Assembly (NCBI GenBank): GCA_943350875.1
Contig: CALRAL010000003.1
Location: 25,174-89,173, forward strand
DNA from: Candidatus Nomurabacteria bacterium
GTDB taxonomy: Bacteria > Patescibacteriota > Minisyncoccia > Phycocordibacterales > UBA9973
DNA length: 64,000 bases
Direction of reading: 5' to 3'
Shown: piece after piece, positions 10,021 to 20,341 of the stretch
Numbering within the stretch: the first letter of the stretch is position 1
How the letters are laid out: each line of letters opens with the position of its first letter
Made by a program: the position numbers and the translations under genes
Notes under the pieces: model-generated
What the model was told of the DNA's origin: nothing
Databases searched by the model: none
Seen by the model: the letters and a program-made list of their open reading frames with translations, nothing else

Positions 10021-10542
10021 ATGGAAAAAAGATATAATAATTATGCTTTTATTGATGCTCAAAATGTACATTTAGGAATTTTGGAATTTGGTTGGAAAAT
10101 TGATTGGAGTAAATTTAGGATTTGGCTTCGTGATAAATTTAATGTTGGGAAAGCTTTGATATTTATTGGGTATCAAAGTGGCAACGAAAGTCTTTATGCT
10201 TTTTTGCAACATGCGAGTTTCGTTTGTATTTTTAAGCCCATGCTTAAATACAAGGATGGTACAATTAAAGGAAATTGTGATGCAGAACTAGTTTTACATT
10301 CTAGTGCTATCGAATTTAAAAATTATGAAAAAGCTGTAATAGTGTCTGGTGATGGTGATTTTTCTTGTTTGATAGAATTTTTGCAAGAAAAAAACAAGCT
10401 TGAAATGCTTATTGTTCCGAACGAAAACAAGTATTCTGCGTTGTTGAAAAGATTCAATTTTTCAGACAGGAAATTTATTTTGTTTTTAAATAGAGAAAGA
10501 TCTAAAATAGAATATAGGCCCTTAAATGAAAAGGGCGCATAA
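10021..10542 (+). CDS. NYN-domain (LabA-like, PIN-like) predicted ribonuclease
   Basis: 173 aa with AFIDAQNV, GNCDAELVLH and VSGDGDFSCL, the acidic NYN catalytic signature. It is embedded in the pilus operon. Confidence 0.6.
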   Translation: MEKRYNNYAFIDAQNVHLGILEFGWKIDWSKFRIWLRDKFNVGKALIFIGYQSGNESLYAFLQHASFVCIFKPMLKYKDGTIKGNCDAELVLHSSAIEFKNYEKAVIVSGDGDFSCLIEFLQEKNKLEMLIVPNENKYSALLKRFNFSDRKFILFLNRERSKIEYRPLNEKGA

Positions 10543-10572
10543 GGCATTAAGCCATATGCAGCCTTTTCGTGA

Positions 10573-10588
10573 TGATATAATCAGTATA
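10573..10588 (+). promoter_or_regulatory. Extended -10 promoter (TGATGATATAAT) upstream of the major pilin gene
   Basis: TGnTATAAT-type match about 35 bp upstream of the 10623 start. Confidence 0.4.
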
Positions 10589-10622
10589 TATCAATGAAAA
10601 CAAAAGTCAAGCAAACAAAACC

Positions 10623-11093
10623 ATGAAGAATTTTTATAAAAAAGGAATAAGTATGCTTGAGATGTTGATGGTTGTGGCTATTATTGGGATTATCATGGCA
10701 ATTGTGACACCTCAATTTTCAAAAATAAAAGAGAATCAAGTATTAAAAACAGCTTCTGCTGATGTTTTTTCTTCTATAAATAAAGCTTACTCCCAAACTC
10801 TTGCCTCCTTAAATTCTTCCCAATATGGAGTACACTTTCAATCTGATAAAGTTATAATTTTTAAAGGTACATCTTATGTAGTAAATAATGCAAATAATGA
10901 AACCATAAGCATAATTGCACCTGCGACTATTTCTTCAAGTCTTTCATTAATAGCTGGTGGAACAGTGGTTTCTGACTTGTATTTTAGTCGTCTTTCTGGT
11001 GTCCCAAATGCGATTGGTACTATTACTGTTTCCACTACTTCTTATTCCAAAATAATCACGATATTAGCCACTGGTGCCTTTAGTATAAATTAA
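10623..11093 (+). CDS. Type IV pilin, probably the major pilin
   Basis: 156 aa. It has a class III signal of short basic leader, G|ISMLEMLMVVAIIGI with Glu at +5, and a hydrophobic N-terminal helix. Confidence 0.7.
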   Translation: MKNFYKKGISMLEMLMVVAIIGIIMAIVTPQFSKIKENQVLKTASADVFSSINKAYSQTLASLNSSQYGVHFQSDKVIIFKGTSYVVNNANNETISIIAPATISSSLSLIAGGTVVSDLYFSRLSGVPNAIGTITVSTTSYSKIITILATGAFSIN

Positions 11094-11620
11094 TGTTTAA
11101 TTTTTTTAAAAAAAATAAAAAGTGTGGTGGATTTCTAATGGTGGAAATGATGATAGCTGTGTCTATAATTAGTATATTAGTTTTAGTTGTTATGTCTGTA
11201 GCAAGCAAATCTATCACTGTATCTCGCCAAGCTTTACATGTATCACAAGCAAATTTTCTTCTGGAAGAAGGTGCTGAAGTAGTCAGAATTTTTAGAGATA
11301 ATAATTCTTGGTCATCAGGAACAAATTTTACAAATATGTTTTATAATTTTGCAGTTCGTTATATCCCTAGTTCTATTTCTAGTTGGACTACATCTTTACC
11401 ATATATGTCTTTTGGTAATTTAGTTGGTATTTTTACTCGGACAGTCAGAGCAGATCCAGTAAGTCGTGATAATATTACTAATGATATTGTTGCTAATGGA
11501 GCATCGAATAGTAGTGTTGATTCTGGTACGAAATTAATGACAATCACAGTATCTTGGCCAGAGGGCGAAATCACAGTCACTAAAACTTTAAAATTTTATA
11601 TAATGGATATTTTTTCATGA
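11093..11620 (+). CDS. Type IV minor pilin/pseudopilin
   Basis: 175 aa with the prepilin motif KCGG|FLMVEMMIAV, again with Glu at +5. Confidence 0.6.
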   Translation: MFNFFKKNKKCGGFLMVEMMIAVSIISILVLVVMSVASKSITVSRQALHVSQANFLLEEGAEVVRIFRDNNSWSSGTNFTNMFYNFAVRYIPSSISSWTTSLPYMSFGNLVGIFTRTVRADPVSRDNITNDIVANGASNSSVDSGTKLMTITVSWPEGEITVTKTLKFYIMDIFS

Positions 11621-12141
11621 TTATAATTAAAATTAATAAAAAAAATTTTATAGGAAAGAAAAATAAAGGAGATACTCTAGTAGAAACTCTTTTTTATATA
11701 GCACTTTTTGCTGTCCTTTCTATCGCAGTAATAAATTCAATGATCACCATGATGAAGTCTTTTAAAGAAACAGCGATACAGAGAGAGTTAGCCCAAGGAG
11801 CAAATATTATGGAGAGAATTTCTCGTGAAATAAGAGGTGCTTCCAGTGTTAGTTTTACAAACTCAAATGATATAATTTTAACAGAAACGGGGAAGACTTT
11901 AGAGTTTAAAATGTCTGTTGGTACTAATTATATTCAACTTATAGATACTCCCACTTCAGGTAGTCCCACTATAGCTAATTTAAATCCTTCCAATGTTGCA
12001 GTTTCTGGTTTAACCTTCACACAGATTACAACAGCAAAAGGTGTAGCAGTGAAAGTGTTTTTAACTATTTATTCCAATCATGATACATCAAGTCGCACAG
12101 AAAACTTTTATGATACAATAGTTTTGCGTGGAGATTATTAA
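11617..12141 (+). CDS. Type IV minor pilin/pseudopilin
   Basis: 174 aa with the prepilin motif KG|DTLVETLFYIALFAV. Confidence 0.6.
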   Translation: MIIIKINKKNFIGKKNKGDTLVETLFYIALFAVLSIAVINSMITMMKSFKETAIQRELAQGANIMERISREIRGASSVSFTNSNDIILTETGKTLEFKMSVGTNYIQLIDTPTSGSPTIANLNPSNVAVSGLTFTQITTAKGVAVKVFLTIYSNHDTSSRTENFYDTIVLRGDY

Positions 12142-12143
12142 TT

Positions 12144-13937
12144 ATGAAAATAAATTTTAATTTTCTTAAAAAAGAAAACTTGCCTGCCAATAGGCAGGGT
12201 GGGGCAGCAATGCTGATATCTGTAGTTTTTTTTATTTTTATTTCTCTGGCTATTGTTTCTGGACTAGTATCACCCACAGTGCGTGATTTTAAAAATTCTA
12301 CTGTAAATTTGAATTCTAAAAAATCATATTTTTTATCTGAATCAGGTATAGAAGATGCGACATATCGTATTGTAAAAAATAAAACAATTGGATCAAGTGA
12401 GACTATTACTCTCGATTCAAATACTGTGACAACAACGATTACGTCTGTTTCAGGTAGTATAAAACAAATAAGTTCAGAAATAATTTCCGGTGGAAACGCT
12501 CCTATTTATAATCGTAAGAATAGTGCCACGCTTACAAGTAGTGCTGGGACTTCTTTTAACTATGGTGTCCAAGTAGGACAAGGCGGAGTGTATCTTTCAA
12601 GTGGTACGATAAATGGTAATGTGTATGCCAATGGACCGATTATGGTTGATGACTCTAACAATAATGCTATTACTGGTACTGCTATTTCGGCTAATAGTCC
12701 AGCTTTGACTTCCGACCAGTCCAATGGTGCTGGCACTCCTGCTTATAATATTGTTTTTGGTAATGCCAATAGTGCTCAAGATATAGCTCAGAGTTTTCAA
12801 GTTTCAACTGACCAAAATCCATTTAATAAAATACGATTATATATTAAAAAAGTTGGCTCACCGAGCGATGCTACTATTAAAATAGTGAATGATTCAAATG
12901 GCCTTCCTGGAAACACTGTATTTGCCACTGGTACACTTTTAGCTTCCTCTGTGACAATTTCTTATGGTTGGCTTGATATAACTTTTGATTCTAATCCATT
13001 ATTGGATATTAATACTACATATTGGATTACAGTAAATGCTAGTAGTTCGAGTAGCAAATATTATACTATTGGTGCATCAAATGGAGGCTATCCTAATGGT
13101 CTTGGTAAAATTGGTCAAGTAGGTGGAACTTGGAACAGTACCACACCTTCCGGACTCGATTATTTTTTCAGTATTTATTTAGGTGGGGTGAATGGTTCAA
13201 TTATTGGAGATAATGTAAACAATCAACTGCACATAGGCACTGTTTCCGGTACAGCTCAAGCCCATACAGTAAATTATGTAACTGCTACTGGAAACATTTA
13301 TTGTGTCTTTGGTACTGGAAATAATAAATCTTGTACTTCGCAAGCAGATCCGACTTATATAGCTTATCCAATTTCTGATGCCAATATTACCCAATGGCAA
13401 GCCGATGCTCTAGCTGGAGGTATTTCTAATGGTAATTATTCTGTAGGCGGGGCTGGAGCAACTTTAGGTCCTAAAAAAATAGTTGGTGATTTATCTGTTT
13501 CTGATAGTGGTGTCTTGACTGTGTCTGGGACATTGTGGGTGACAGGTAATATTAATTTATCTGGTAACGGAACAATTCAATTGGCTTCTAGCTATGGGAC
13601 AAATGATGGAGTATTGGTTGTTGATGGTACTGTGTCTGTTTCTGGTGGTGGTCATGCTACTGGCTCAGGAATAGCCGGTAGTTATATTATGATGCTTACT
13701 AATGATTCTTCTGAAAATGCTGTTAAAATAGTTGGCGGAGCTGGAGCAGTTATTGTCTATGCCCCAAATGGTACTATTGAAATAGGAGGCGGTGCTAGCC
13801 TGAAAGAGGCAACTGGATATAAAGTTAAAATTGAAGGTAGATCGAGTATTACCTACGAGTCTGGCTTGGCAAACAGCAATTTCTCGAGTGGACCTTCTGG
13901 TTCGTGGACAGTGGGAGGCTGGGGTGAAACACAGTAA
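12144..13937 (+). CDS. Large pilus-associated protein (PilX/PilY-like minor pilin or adhesin)
   Basis: 597 aa with the pilin-like N-terminus RQGGAAMLISVVFFIF, a Thr/Ser/Gly/Asn-rich beta-type body, and position as the last gene of the pilin operon. Confidence 0.45.
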   Translation: MKINFNFLKKENLPANRQGGAAMLISVVFFIFISLAIVSGLVSPTVRDFKNSTVNLNSKKSYFLSESGIEDATYRIVKNKTIGSSETITLDSNTVTTTITSVSGSIKQISSEIISGGNAPIYNRKNSATLTSSAGTSFNYGVQVGQGGVYLSSGTINGNVYANGPIMVDDSNNNAITGTAISANSPALTSDQSNGAGTPAYNIVFGNANSAQDIAQSFQVSTDQNPFNKIRLYIKKVGSPSDATIKIVNDSNGLPGNTVFATGTLLASSVTISYGWLDITFDSNPLLDINTTYWITVNASSSSSKYYTIGASNGGYPNGLGKIGQVGGTWNSTTPSGLDYFFSIYLGGVNGSIIGDNVNNQLHIGTVSGTAQAHTVNYVTATGNIYCVFGTGNNKSCTSQADPTYIAYPISDANITQWQADALAGGISNGNYSVGGAGATLGPKKIVGDLSVSDSGVLTVSGTLWVTGNINLSGNGTIQLASSYGTNDGVLVVDGTVSVSGGGHATGSGIAGSYIMMLTNDSSENAVKIVGGAGAVIVYAPNGTIEIGGGASLKEATGYKVKIEGRSSITYESGLANSNFSSGPSGSWTVGGWGETQ

Positions 13938-13961
13938 TTTAAATAATGGTATAATCTTTTT

Positions 13962-14750
13962 ATGTCTAAAAAAATAGTAATTGCCAATTGGAAAATGAAT
14001 CCGCTTTCATTAAAAGAAGCAGAGAAATTATTTTCTGATATAGCCAAACTTGTTTTAGATATTAAAAAAACAAAAATTGTTGTCTGTCCACCTATTGTGT
14101 ACACAGAGAAATTAAAAAAGCTTTCCCTCGGCTGTACGGGCAAGGCTAGAAAAATAATTCTTGGTGTACAAGATGCCTTTTATGAAGATATGGGAGCTTA
14201 TACAGGTAAAATTAGCACAGAAATGCTTTATAATATCGGGGCTAGGTATATTATTTTAGGGCATTCTGAAACACGAGCATTAGGGGATACAAATCAAGAT
14301 GTAAATAAAAAGATTAAATCTTCGCTCAAAGCAGGACTCTCGCCGGTACTTTGTATTGGAGAGAATGTACGAGATGAGAATCATGAATATTTAAATGCTA
14401 TTAAAACTCAAATTTTTGAGTGCTTGAATGGAGTTTCTAAAGCTTCATTTTCCAAGATAATCATCGCTTATGAGCCAATTTGGTCCATTTCTACTACAGT
14501 GAATCATCATAATGCGACTCCGACAGACTCCATAGAGATGATCATATTTATAAAGAAAGTTCTTTCTGATATTAGCTCGCCAGATATAGCTCAAAGTATG
14601 CGTATGATATATGGTGGTTCTGTGAACAAAAAAAACACTTTTGATTTTTTGAAGAATGGTGGAGTCTCTGGTGTGCTAATTGGTAAAGCGAGTTTGGATG
14701 CAAAAGAATTTTCTGAAATAGTAAAAATTACTGAAAATGAAATCAATTAA
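13962..14750 (+). CDS. tpiA: Triosephosphate isomerase
   Basis: IANWKMN, ILGHSETR and IAYEPIWSI motifs. Confidence 0.9.
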   Translation: MSKKIVIANWKMNPLSLKEAEKLFSDIAKLVLDIKKTKIVVCPPIVYTEKLKKLSLGCTGKARKIILGVQDAFYEDMGAYTGKISTEMLYNIGARYIILGHSETRALGDTNQDVNKKIKSSLKAGLSPVLCIGENVRDENHEYLNAIKTQIFECLNGVSKASFSKIIIAYEPIWSISTTVNHHNATPTDSIEMIIFIKKVLSDISSPDIAQSMRMIYGGSVNKKNTFDFLKNGGVSGVLIGKASLDAKEFSEIVKITENEIN

Positions 14751-15888
14751 ACAATTAAAAAATGTAAAAGGTAAAGTATCTCTGGTGCGAGTTGATTTTA
14801 ATGTGCCCATCAAAGATGGGGTAGTGGAAGATGATTTTAGAATCAAAAAAGCTCTACCCACTATTAAATTTTTAATCAAAAAAGGTATGAAAGTAGTCCT
14901 CATTACTCATTTAGGCAAAGGCGGTGAGACACTGTTACCTGTGGCAAAAGCTTTAAATAAATTTATTAAAACAAAATTTATACCGGAAATAATAAGTGAA
15001 AATGTTTCAAAAGCAGTTAGAGAGATGAAAAATGGTGATGTTATTTTGCTTGAGAATCTAAGGAATGATAAAGGGGAACAGTCTGGTGATAAATTTTTTG
15101 CCATGAATTTGGCTAAATTAGCAGACCCGACCTTAAGTGGACGGGCAGGCATCTATGTAAATGAAGCATTTCCAGTTTCGCATAGAGATGATTCCTCAAT
15201 AGTGCTTTTACCTAAGCTTTTACCGAGTTTTGCTGGACTTCAGATGGAGCTAGAAGTGAAAAATCTTTCTAAAGTCATGAAAAATCCAAAGCATCCATTT
15301 TTATTTATTTTGGGTGGAGCTAAATTTTCGACTAAAATGCCTCTAATCAAGAAATATTTAAAATTAGCAGATTATGTATTTATAGCTGGGGCATTACTAG
15401 ATGATTTCTTAAAAGATGAAGGCTATGAAGTGGGTCAATCTTTGGTAGATGATGAAAACTTTGGGATAGATAAAATTTTAAAAAACAAAAAACTTATTTT
15501 ACCTGTCGATGTGGTTGTACAACACAAAGATAGTTTGATAAATAAAAAAGTAAATGAGATAAATAAAGATGAAATAATCATAGATATAGGGAGTGAGTCA
15601 GTCGAAATGCTAAAACCTTATATCAAAAATTCCAAATTAATACTTTGGAACGGTCCTTTGGGTAAATATGAGTCTGGTGGTGGAGTTGCCACAAAAGAAG
15701 TATTAAAATTAGTTGCAAAAAGTAAAGCGGAAAGTGTTATTGGAGGAGGTGATACCGTGGAGATAATTTCTGAAATGACTAATAAAAATTTTAGCGAAAA
15801 TAAATTCTCTTTTGTTTCAACTGGTGGTGGTGCTACTTTGGACTTTTTAGTAAATGGTACATTACCAGGGATTAAAGCATTGAAATAA
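14737..15888 (+). CDS. pgk: Phosphoglycerate kinase
   Basis: VRVDFNVP N-terminal motif, glycine-rich hinge and a C-terminal GGGDT-like motif (GGGDTVE). It overlaps the tpiA stop. Confidence 0.9.
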   Translation: MKSIKQLKNVKGKVSLVRVDFNVPIKDGVVEDDFRIKKALPTIKFLIKKGMKVVLITHLGKGGETLLPVAKALNKFIKTKFIPEIISENVSKAVREMKNGDVILLENLRNDKGEQSGDKFFAMNLAKLADPTLSGRAGIYVNEAFPVSHRDDSSIVLLPKLLPSFAGLQMELEVKNLSKVMKNPKHPFLFILGGAKFSTKMPLIKKYLKLADYVFIAGALLDDFLKDEGYEVGQSLVDDENFGIDKILKNKKLILPVDVVVQHKDSLINKKVNEINKDEIIIDIGSESVEMLKPYIKNSKLILWNGPLGKYESGGGVATKEVLKLVAKSKAESVIGGGDTVEIISEMTNKNFSENKFSFVSTGGGATLDFLVNGTLPGIKALK

Positions 15889-15987
15889 ATTTTTTCGCAA
15901 GGTATTTCTTTTTTAATTATTTTACAAAATATACAATCGTCTTTTTTTTATAAGATATATTTTAACATATATGTTAAAATTTGCTCT

Positions 15988-17691
15988 ATGCAAAAGTATG
16001 GGGAATTATTAAGAATGCTATTAGAGAAGAGAGGTATAAAGGACGAGGCGCAAGCTGAAGTTTTTCTTAACCCATCTTATAAAAGGGATCTTCACGATCC
16101 GTTTTTAATGAGAGATATGAATGTGGCTTGTGAGAGGATTCTGGAAGCCATAAAAAATAATGAAAGAATAGTTATTTATGCGGATTATGATTGTGATGGT
16201 ATTCCCGGGGCGGTGATTTTACATGATTTGTTTACTAAATTAGATTATAAAAATTACGAGGTTTATATTCCCCAGAGGAATTCGGAAGGTTATGGGTTAA
16301 ATAGTGAGGCAATAGAAATATTTTCAAAAAGTAATGCGAAATTAATAATTACCATAGACTTGGGTATTACAGCTATAGATGAAGTAGCACAAGCAAATGG
16401 CCTTGGCATAGATGTGATTATTACAGATCATCATTTACCTCACAAGAATTTACCAAAAGCTTTGGCCATTTTAAATCCCAAAGTGGATAGTTATCCAGAG
16501 AAGATGTTGTGTGGAGCAGGAGTTGTTTTTAAATTAGTACAGGGTTTAATTCAAAAGATAGTTCCTCAAGGACTTGTCTTGGACCCTCTAAAGGCAAGAC
16601 CTTTCCCCACTATCCTTGATGGTTGGGAGAAATGGATGCTTGATATGGCAGGGCTTGCCACACTTTCAGATATGGTCCCACTTACAGGAGAGAATAGGGC
16701 TATATCTTATTTCGGAATGAAAGTTTTAAGGAAGTCCCCACGTCCAGGATTGATTAAGCTTCTTGCAAAAATGAAAGTGGATCAGAAGTATATGTCAGAA
16801 GATGATGTGAGTTTTATGATTACTCCTAAAATAAATGTCGCTTCTCGCATGGGTGACCCAGTAAAAGCGTATGAACTTCTTTCTGCAAAGGATGAGGCAC
16901 AGGCCGGGGCTATTGTGGATTATTTATTAAAAATAAATGATGAAAGAAAAACTATGGTGACAGGCATAATGCGAGAAGTAAATAAAAAATTAAGCGTAAG
17001 AGAAACAAAAGAAGTAATAGTGATAGGTAATGGTGAATGGAGGGTTGGAGTTTTGGGACTTGTAGCAGGGAAAATCTGTGATGAATATCAAAAGCCAGTT
17101 TTTGTATGGGGCAGAGATGAAAATGACGCTATAAAAGGTTCTTGTCGTTCGGATGGGTCCGTGTCGGTGGTTGAGCTTATGACTGAAGCTACTGAACACT
17201 TTTCTGATTTTGGTGGTCATGAACTAGCAGGAGGTTTTACTGTCCGAAACGATAAAATTCATTTTTTGGAAGATGCTTTATCTGTTGTATTTTTAAAAAT
17301 TTGCGGGAAAAGGCAAGACCTTAAGGAGATTCAAGGTCTTGCATTGAAGAGCGATCTAACTATAAATCTGGGGCAGGTGAATATGAAAAATTGGAATGAG
17401 ATAGAGAAGATGGCGCCTTTTGGCCTAGCAAATCATAAACCAATTTTTCTTTTTGAAAATGTAAAAATAGAAAAAATAAAAAAATTTGGCAAAAATGGTT
17501 CAGGCGAGCATTTGGAAATAATATTTTCTGATTCTTTAGGTAAAGTAAAGGCAATTTCTTTTTTCTCTACCGTTGATTCCTTTAAAAGGACAATCTCAGG
17601 CGGAGAGAGGGTTAAATTACTAGCAAGTTTTGATTTGTCTTATTTTGGTGGTAAAAAAGAGCTTCGATTACGAATTATTGATATAATATAA
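15988..17691 (+). CDS. recJ: Single-stranded-DNA-specific exonuclease RecJ (DHH/DHHA1). It carries two in-frame family-3 element insertions.
   Basis: DYDCDGI, the DHH motif (ITDHH) and a DHHA1 C-terminal region. Insertions lie at 16564-16608 and 17303-17352. Confidence 0.85.
   Translation: MQKYGELLRMLLEKRGIKDEAQAEVFLNPSYKRDLHDPFLMRDMNVACERILEAIKNNERIVIYADYDCDGIPGAVILHDLFTKLDYKNYEVYIPQRNSEGYGLNSEAIEIFSKSNAKLIITIDLGITAIDEVAQANGLGIDVIITDHHLPHKNLPKALAILNPKVDSYPEKMLCGAGVVFKLVQGLIQKIVPQGLVLDPLKARPFPTILDGWEKWMLDMAGLATLSDMVPLTGENRAISYFGMKVLRKSPRPGLIKLLAKMKVDQKYMSEDDVSFMITPKINVASRMGDPVKAYELLSAKDEAQAGAIVDYLLKINDERKTMVTGIMREVNKKLSVRETKEVIVIGNGEWRVGVLGLVAGKICDEYQKPVFVWGRDENDAIKGSCRSDGSVSVVELMTEATEHFSDFGGHELAGGFTVRNDKIHFLEDALSVVFLKICGKRQDLKEIQGLALKSDLTINLGQVNMKNWNEIEKMAPFGLANHKPIFLFENVKIEKIKKFGKNGSGEHLEIIFSDSLGKVKAISFFSTVDSFKRTISGGERVKLLASFDLSYFGGKKELRLRIIDII
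16564..16608. repeat. Family-3 palindromic element, orientation A (CCTCAAGGACTTGTCTTGGACCCTCTAAAGGCAAGACCTTTCCCC), in-frame in recJ
   Basis: Near-identical to 18575-18619 in comEC. It encodes PQGLVLDPLKARPFP. Confidence 0.8.
17303..17352. repeat. Family-3 palindromic element, orientation B (GCGGGAAAAGGCAAGACCTTAAGGAGATTCAAGGTCTTGC...), in-frame in recJ
   Basis: Perfect 10-bp inverted repeat GCAAGACCTT/AAGGTCTTGC. It is homologous to 25269-25320 in argS and is the reverse complement of orientation A. Confidence 0.8.
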
Positions 17692-17696
17692 AGACG

Positions 17697-18227
17697 ATGA
17701 AGAATGATGAGATTATAGTTTATACAGATGGTAGCTCGCTTGGGAATCCTGGGCGGGGCGGTTGGGCTTCTGTTTTAGTGATGCCGGAGGATAAAGTCAG
17801 AGAGTTAGGGGGAAGAGAAAATGAATCCACAAATAACAGGATGGAGATAACAGCTGCTATTGAAGCATTGAAGTTTATTGAGGAGAGAAAAGTAAAAGCA
17901 AAAAGAATAAAAATACACACTGATTCACTTTATTTATTAAATGGTATCACAATGTGGATCTATGTTTGGGTCAAGAATAATTGGCGCACCAAAGGCAAAG
18001 ATCCAGTCCTCAATAAAGATCTATGGGAAATACTTTTTAAAGTTCATTCTAATTTAAAGATGAAATATGAGATAGATTGGATAAAAGTTGAAGGGCACGC
18101 TGGGGTAGATCTAAATGAAAGGTGTGATGTTATAGCTACGAATTTGGCTGGAGAAGAAAGAATGGTTCTATTTACTGGAGATATTAAAGACTATAAAAAA
18201 CTTTTTAGATTCTCTAATATAACTTAA
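17697..18227 (+). CDS. rnhA: Ribonuclease HI
   Basis: VYTDGSSLGNPGRGGWA and TNNRMEITAAIEAL match the RNase H fold signature. Confidence 0.85.
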   Translation: MKNDEIIVYTDGSSLGNPGRGGWASVLVMPEDKVRELGGRENESTNNRMEITAAIEALKFIEERKVKAKRIKIHTDSLYLLNGITMWIYVWVKNNWRTKGKDPVLNKDLWEILFKVHSNLKMKYEIDWIKVEGHAGVDLNERCDVIATNLAGEERMVLFTGDIKDYKKLFRFSNIT

Positions 18228-18229
18228 TA

Positions 18230-19750
18230 ATGAAAGACAAAGCTTTTTACGCTTGTTGTTTTGGTGTCATATTTGGGATATTTTTACGTTCTTTTATTGC
18301 AATAGACATTTATGCACTTATATTTTTTGCTTTAATTTCTATCTCTTTGCTCTTGTTTTTTAGCTTTATCTCAAAAAGAAAATTAGGAATAATATTTTCG
18401 ATTTTTCTATTTGCTTTTTGTTTAGGTGTTTTCAGGTTTCATATATATGACAAAATAAATCCTGATATTTTTGAAACAAAAGTGGGTAAAGAATTTTCTT
18501 TTTCTGGGTTAATAATAGATGAACCAAGCGTTGCAGAAAATAATCAGAAATTAATTATTGAAACAGGATTGGCTCCTCAAGGACTCGCCTTGGACTCCCT
18601 TAAGGCAAGACCTTTTCCCGCCAAAAGTCGCATTTTGGTATCTACGAATTTTGATGAGAGTTTTAAATATGGTGACGAGATAAGTTTTAAGGGAATTTTA
18701 GAAAAACCGGAGAATTTTATTACAGATCAGGGCAAAGAATTTGATTATGTAAATTATCTCAAAAAAGACGGAATATTTTACGTGATGAAATACCCAAAAA
18801 TAGATATTTTGTCCCATAGTAACGGAAGTTTTATAAAAAGTATCTTATTTTCTGCAAAAGAAAAGTTTCTGGATAAAATAAATTTTGTAATTCCAGAACC
18901 AGAGAGCTTACTCATGGGCGGACTTATTTTAGGCGAAAAATCTTCGTTTGGTCAAGAATTAAGGCAAAGTTTTGTAAATACTGGGACTATCCACATAGTG
19001 GCTTTATCTGGGTACAATGTGACAATAGTAGCCGAATGGTTTATGAAATTATTTTCTTTTTTACCTATAAATTTTAGTATTTTTGCTGGTATTTTAGCCA
19101 TCTTACTTTTTATCTTGATGACTGGAGGATCTTCCACTGCTATCAGAGCAGGGGTAATGGCAACTTTGGCTTTGATAGCCCGCGCCACTGGTAGGAATTA
19201 TGATGTGGCGCGGGCGCTTATTCTCTCTGGTGTAGTGATGCTCCTATTTAATCCACTTTTGCTAGTGTATGATGTGTCATTTCAACTATCTTTTTTGGCG
19301 ACCATTGCGGTAATATTTTTGACGCCAAAAATTGAGAAATACTTTTTTTGGGTGACGGAAAGATTTGGTCTGCGGGATGTCGTATCTATCACATTTTCTG
19401 CTTACATTTTTGTGATGCCTTTTATTTTGTATAAGATGGGGAACCTTTCGTTGGTGGCTTTACCTACAAATGTTTTGGTTCTCCCATTTATTCCGTTTAC
19501 CATGTTACTAGGATTTGTGACTGGATTTATAGGACTTATTTCAAGTATCCTAGCTATCCCTCTTGGGTATATTTCTTACTTTTTCTTACATTATGAATTA
19601 TTTATAATTAATTTATTCTCAAACATTCCATTTTCTTCCATATCTATATCAAATTTCCCATTGTTTATTACAATTTTAATTTACATAGTTTTTATTTACA
19701 AAATTTTCGGCACAGATGTTAAAAAACTTTTTACTGTTTTGCCTGAATAA
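18230..19750 (+). CDS. comEC: ComEC/Rec2 competence channel protein (DUF4131 plus competence domain) lacking the C-terminal metallo-beta-lactamase domain. It carries an in-frame family-3 insertion.
   Basis: Polytopic membrane protein with the ComEC competence motif (GTIHIVALSGYNV). The MBL domain is encoded separately at 20342..21211. Confidence 0.75.
   Translation: MKDKAFYACCFGVIFGIFLRSFIAIDIYALIFFALISISLLLFFSFISKRKLGIIFSIFLFAFCLGVFRFHIYDKINPDIFETKVGKEFSFSGLIIDEPSVAENNQKLIIETGLAPQGLALDSLKARPFPAKSRILVSTNFDESFKYGDEISFKGILEKPENFITDQGKEFDYVNYLKKDGIFYVMKYPKIDILSHSNGSFIKSILFSAKEKFLDKINFVIPEPESLLMGGLILGEKSSFGQELRQSFVNTGTIHIVALSGYNVTIVAEWFMKLFSFLPINFSIFAGILAILLFILMTGGSSTAIRAGVMATLALIARATGRNYDVARALILSGVVMLLFNPLLLVYDVSFQLSFLATIAVIFLTPKIEKYFFWVTERFGLRDVVSITFSAYIFVMPFILYKMGNLSLVALPTNVLVLPFIPFTMLLGFVTGFIGLISSILAIPLGYISYFFLHYELFIINLFSNIPFSSISISNFPLFITILIYIVFIYKIFGTDVKKLFTVLPE
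18575..18619. repeat. Family-3 palindromic element, orientation A, in-frame in comEC
   Basis: CCTCAAGGACTCGCCTTGGACTCCCTTAAGGCAAGACCTTTTCCC encodes PQGLALDSLKARPFP. Confidence 0.8.
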
Positions 19751-20327
19751 AGTTTTTTTCAACTGCTTCCCAATTTAAATTTTCAAAAAATGCTTCAATG
19801 TAATGTTTTTTCCCACTTGGTTGAAAGTCTGTGATAAAAGCATGTTCCCACATATCAAGTGCAAGGATGAGTTTGCAGTCTTGAAGTTGTCCTAAATGCT
19901 GTTCATCTACCCAGGCATTCATTAATTTGTTTTCTTTTTTATCAAAATAAAGCATAGCCCAACCGACGCCTCGGATGGTAGCGATACTTTTAAATAATTC
20001 TAGCCATTTTTCAAATGATCCCCATTCTGAAGATATCGCTTTTTTGAGTTCGCTATTTTCTGTCAGATTATTTGATTTTCCAGACAAAGAATTGAAATAA
20101 ATTTCATGATTACGCATACCATTGTATTCAAAACCAAATCTTCTCTGTAATCCACTCAAAATGCCTATATTTTCTTCAGGTTTTACAGATAGTTCTTCTA
20201 TTTTAGCCAGCACTAAGTTTGATTGATTCACATACCCCGCATAGAGTTTTAGATGTTCCTCGATGTTTTTAGCACTTATGCCTTTTAACTCACCAATGTT
20301 AAACTTCTGTTCTTCAAATTTTTTCAT
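19731..20327 (-). CDS. sodA: Fe/Mn superoxide dismutase
   Basis: 198 aa with the DMWEHAF signature and N-terminal metal-ligand His residues. It is convergent with comEC and overlaps it by about 20 bp. Fe versus Mn specificity cannot be decided from the sequence. Confidence 0.85.
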   Translation of the reverse strand: MKKFEEQKFNIGELKGISAKNIEEHLKLYAGYVNQSNLVLAKIEELSVKPEENIGILSGLQRRFGFEYNGMRNHEIYFNSLSGKSNNLTENSELKKAISSEWGSFEKWLELFKSIATIRGVGWAMLYFDKKENKLMNAWVDEQHLGQLQDCKLILALDMWEHAFITDFQPSGKKHYIEAFFENLNWEAVEKNFIQAKQ

Positions 20328-20341
20328 GCTAGTATTATAAC

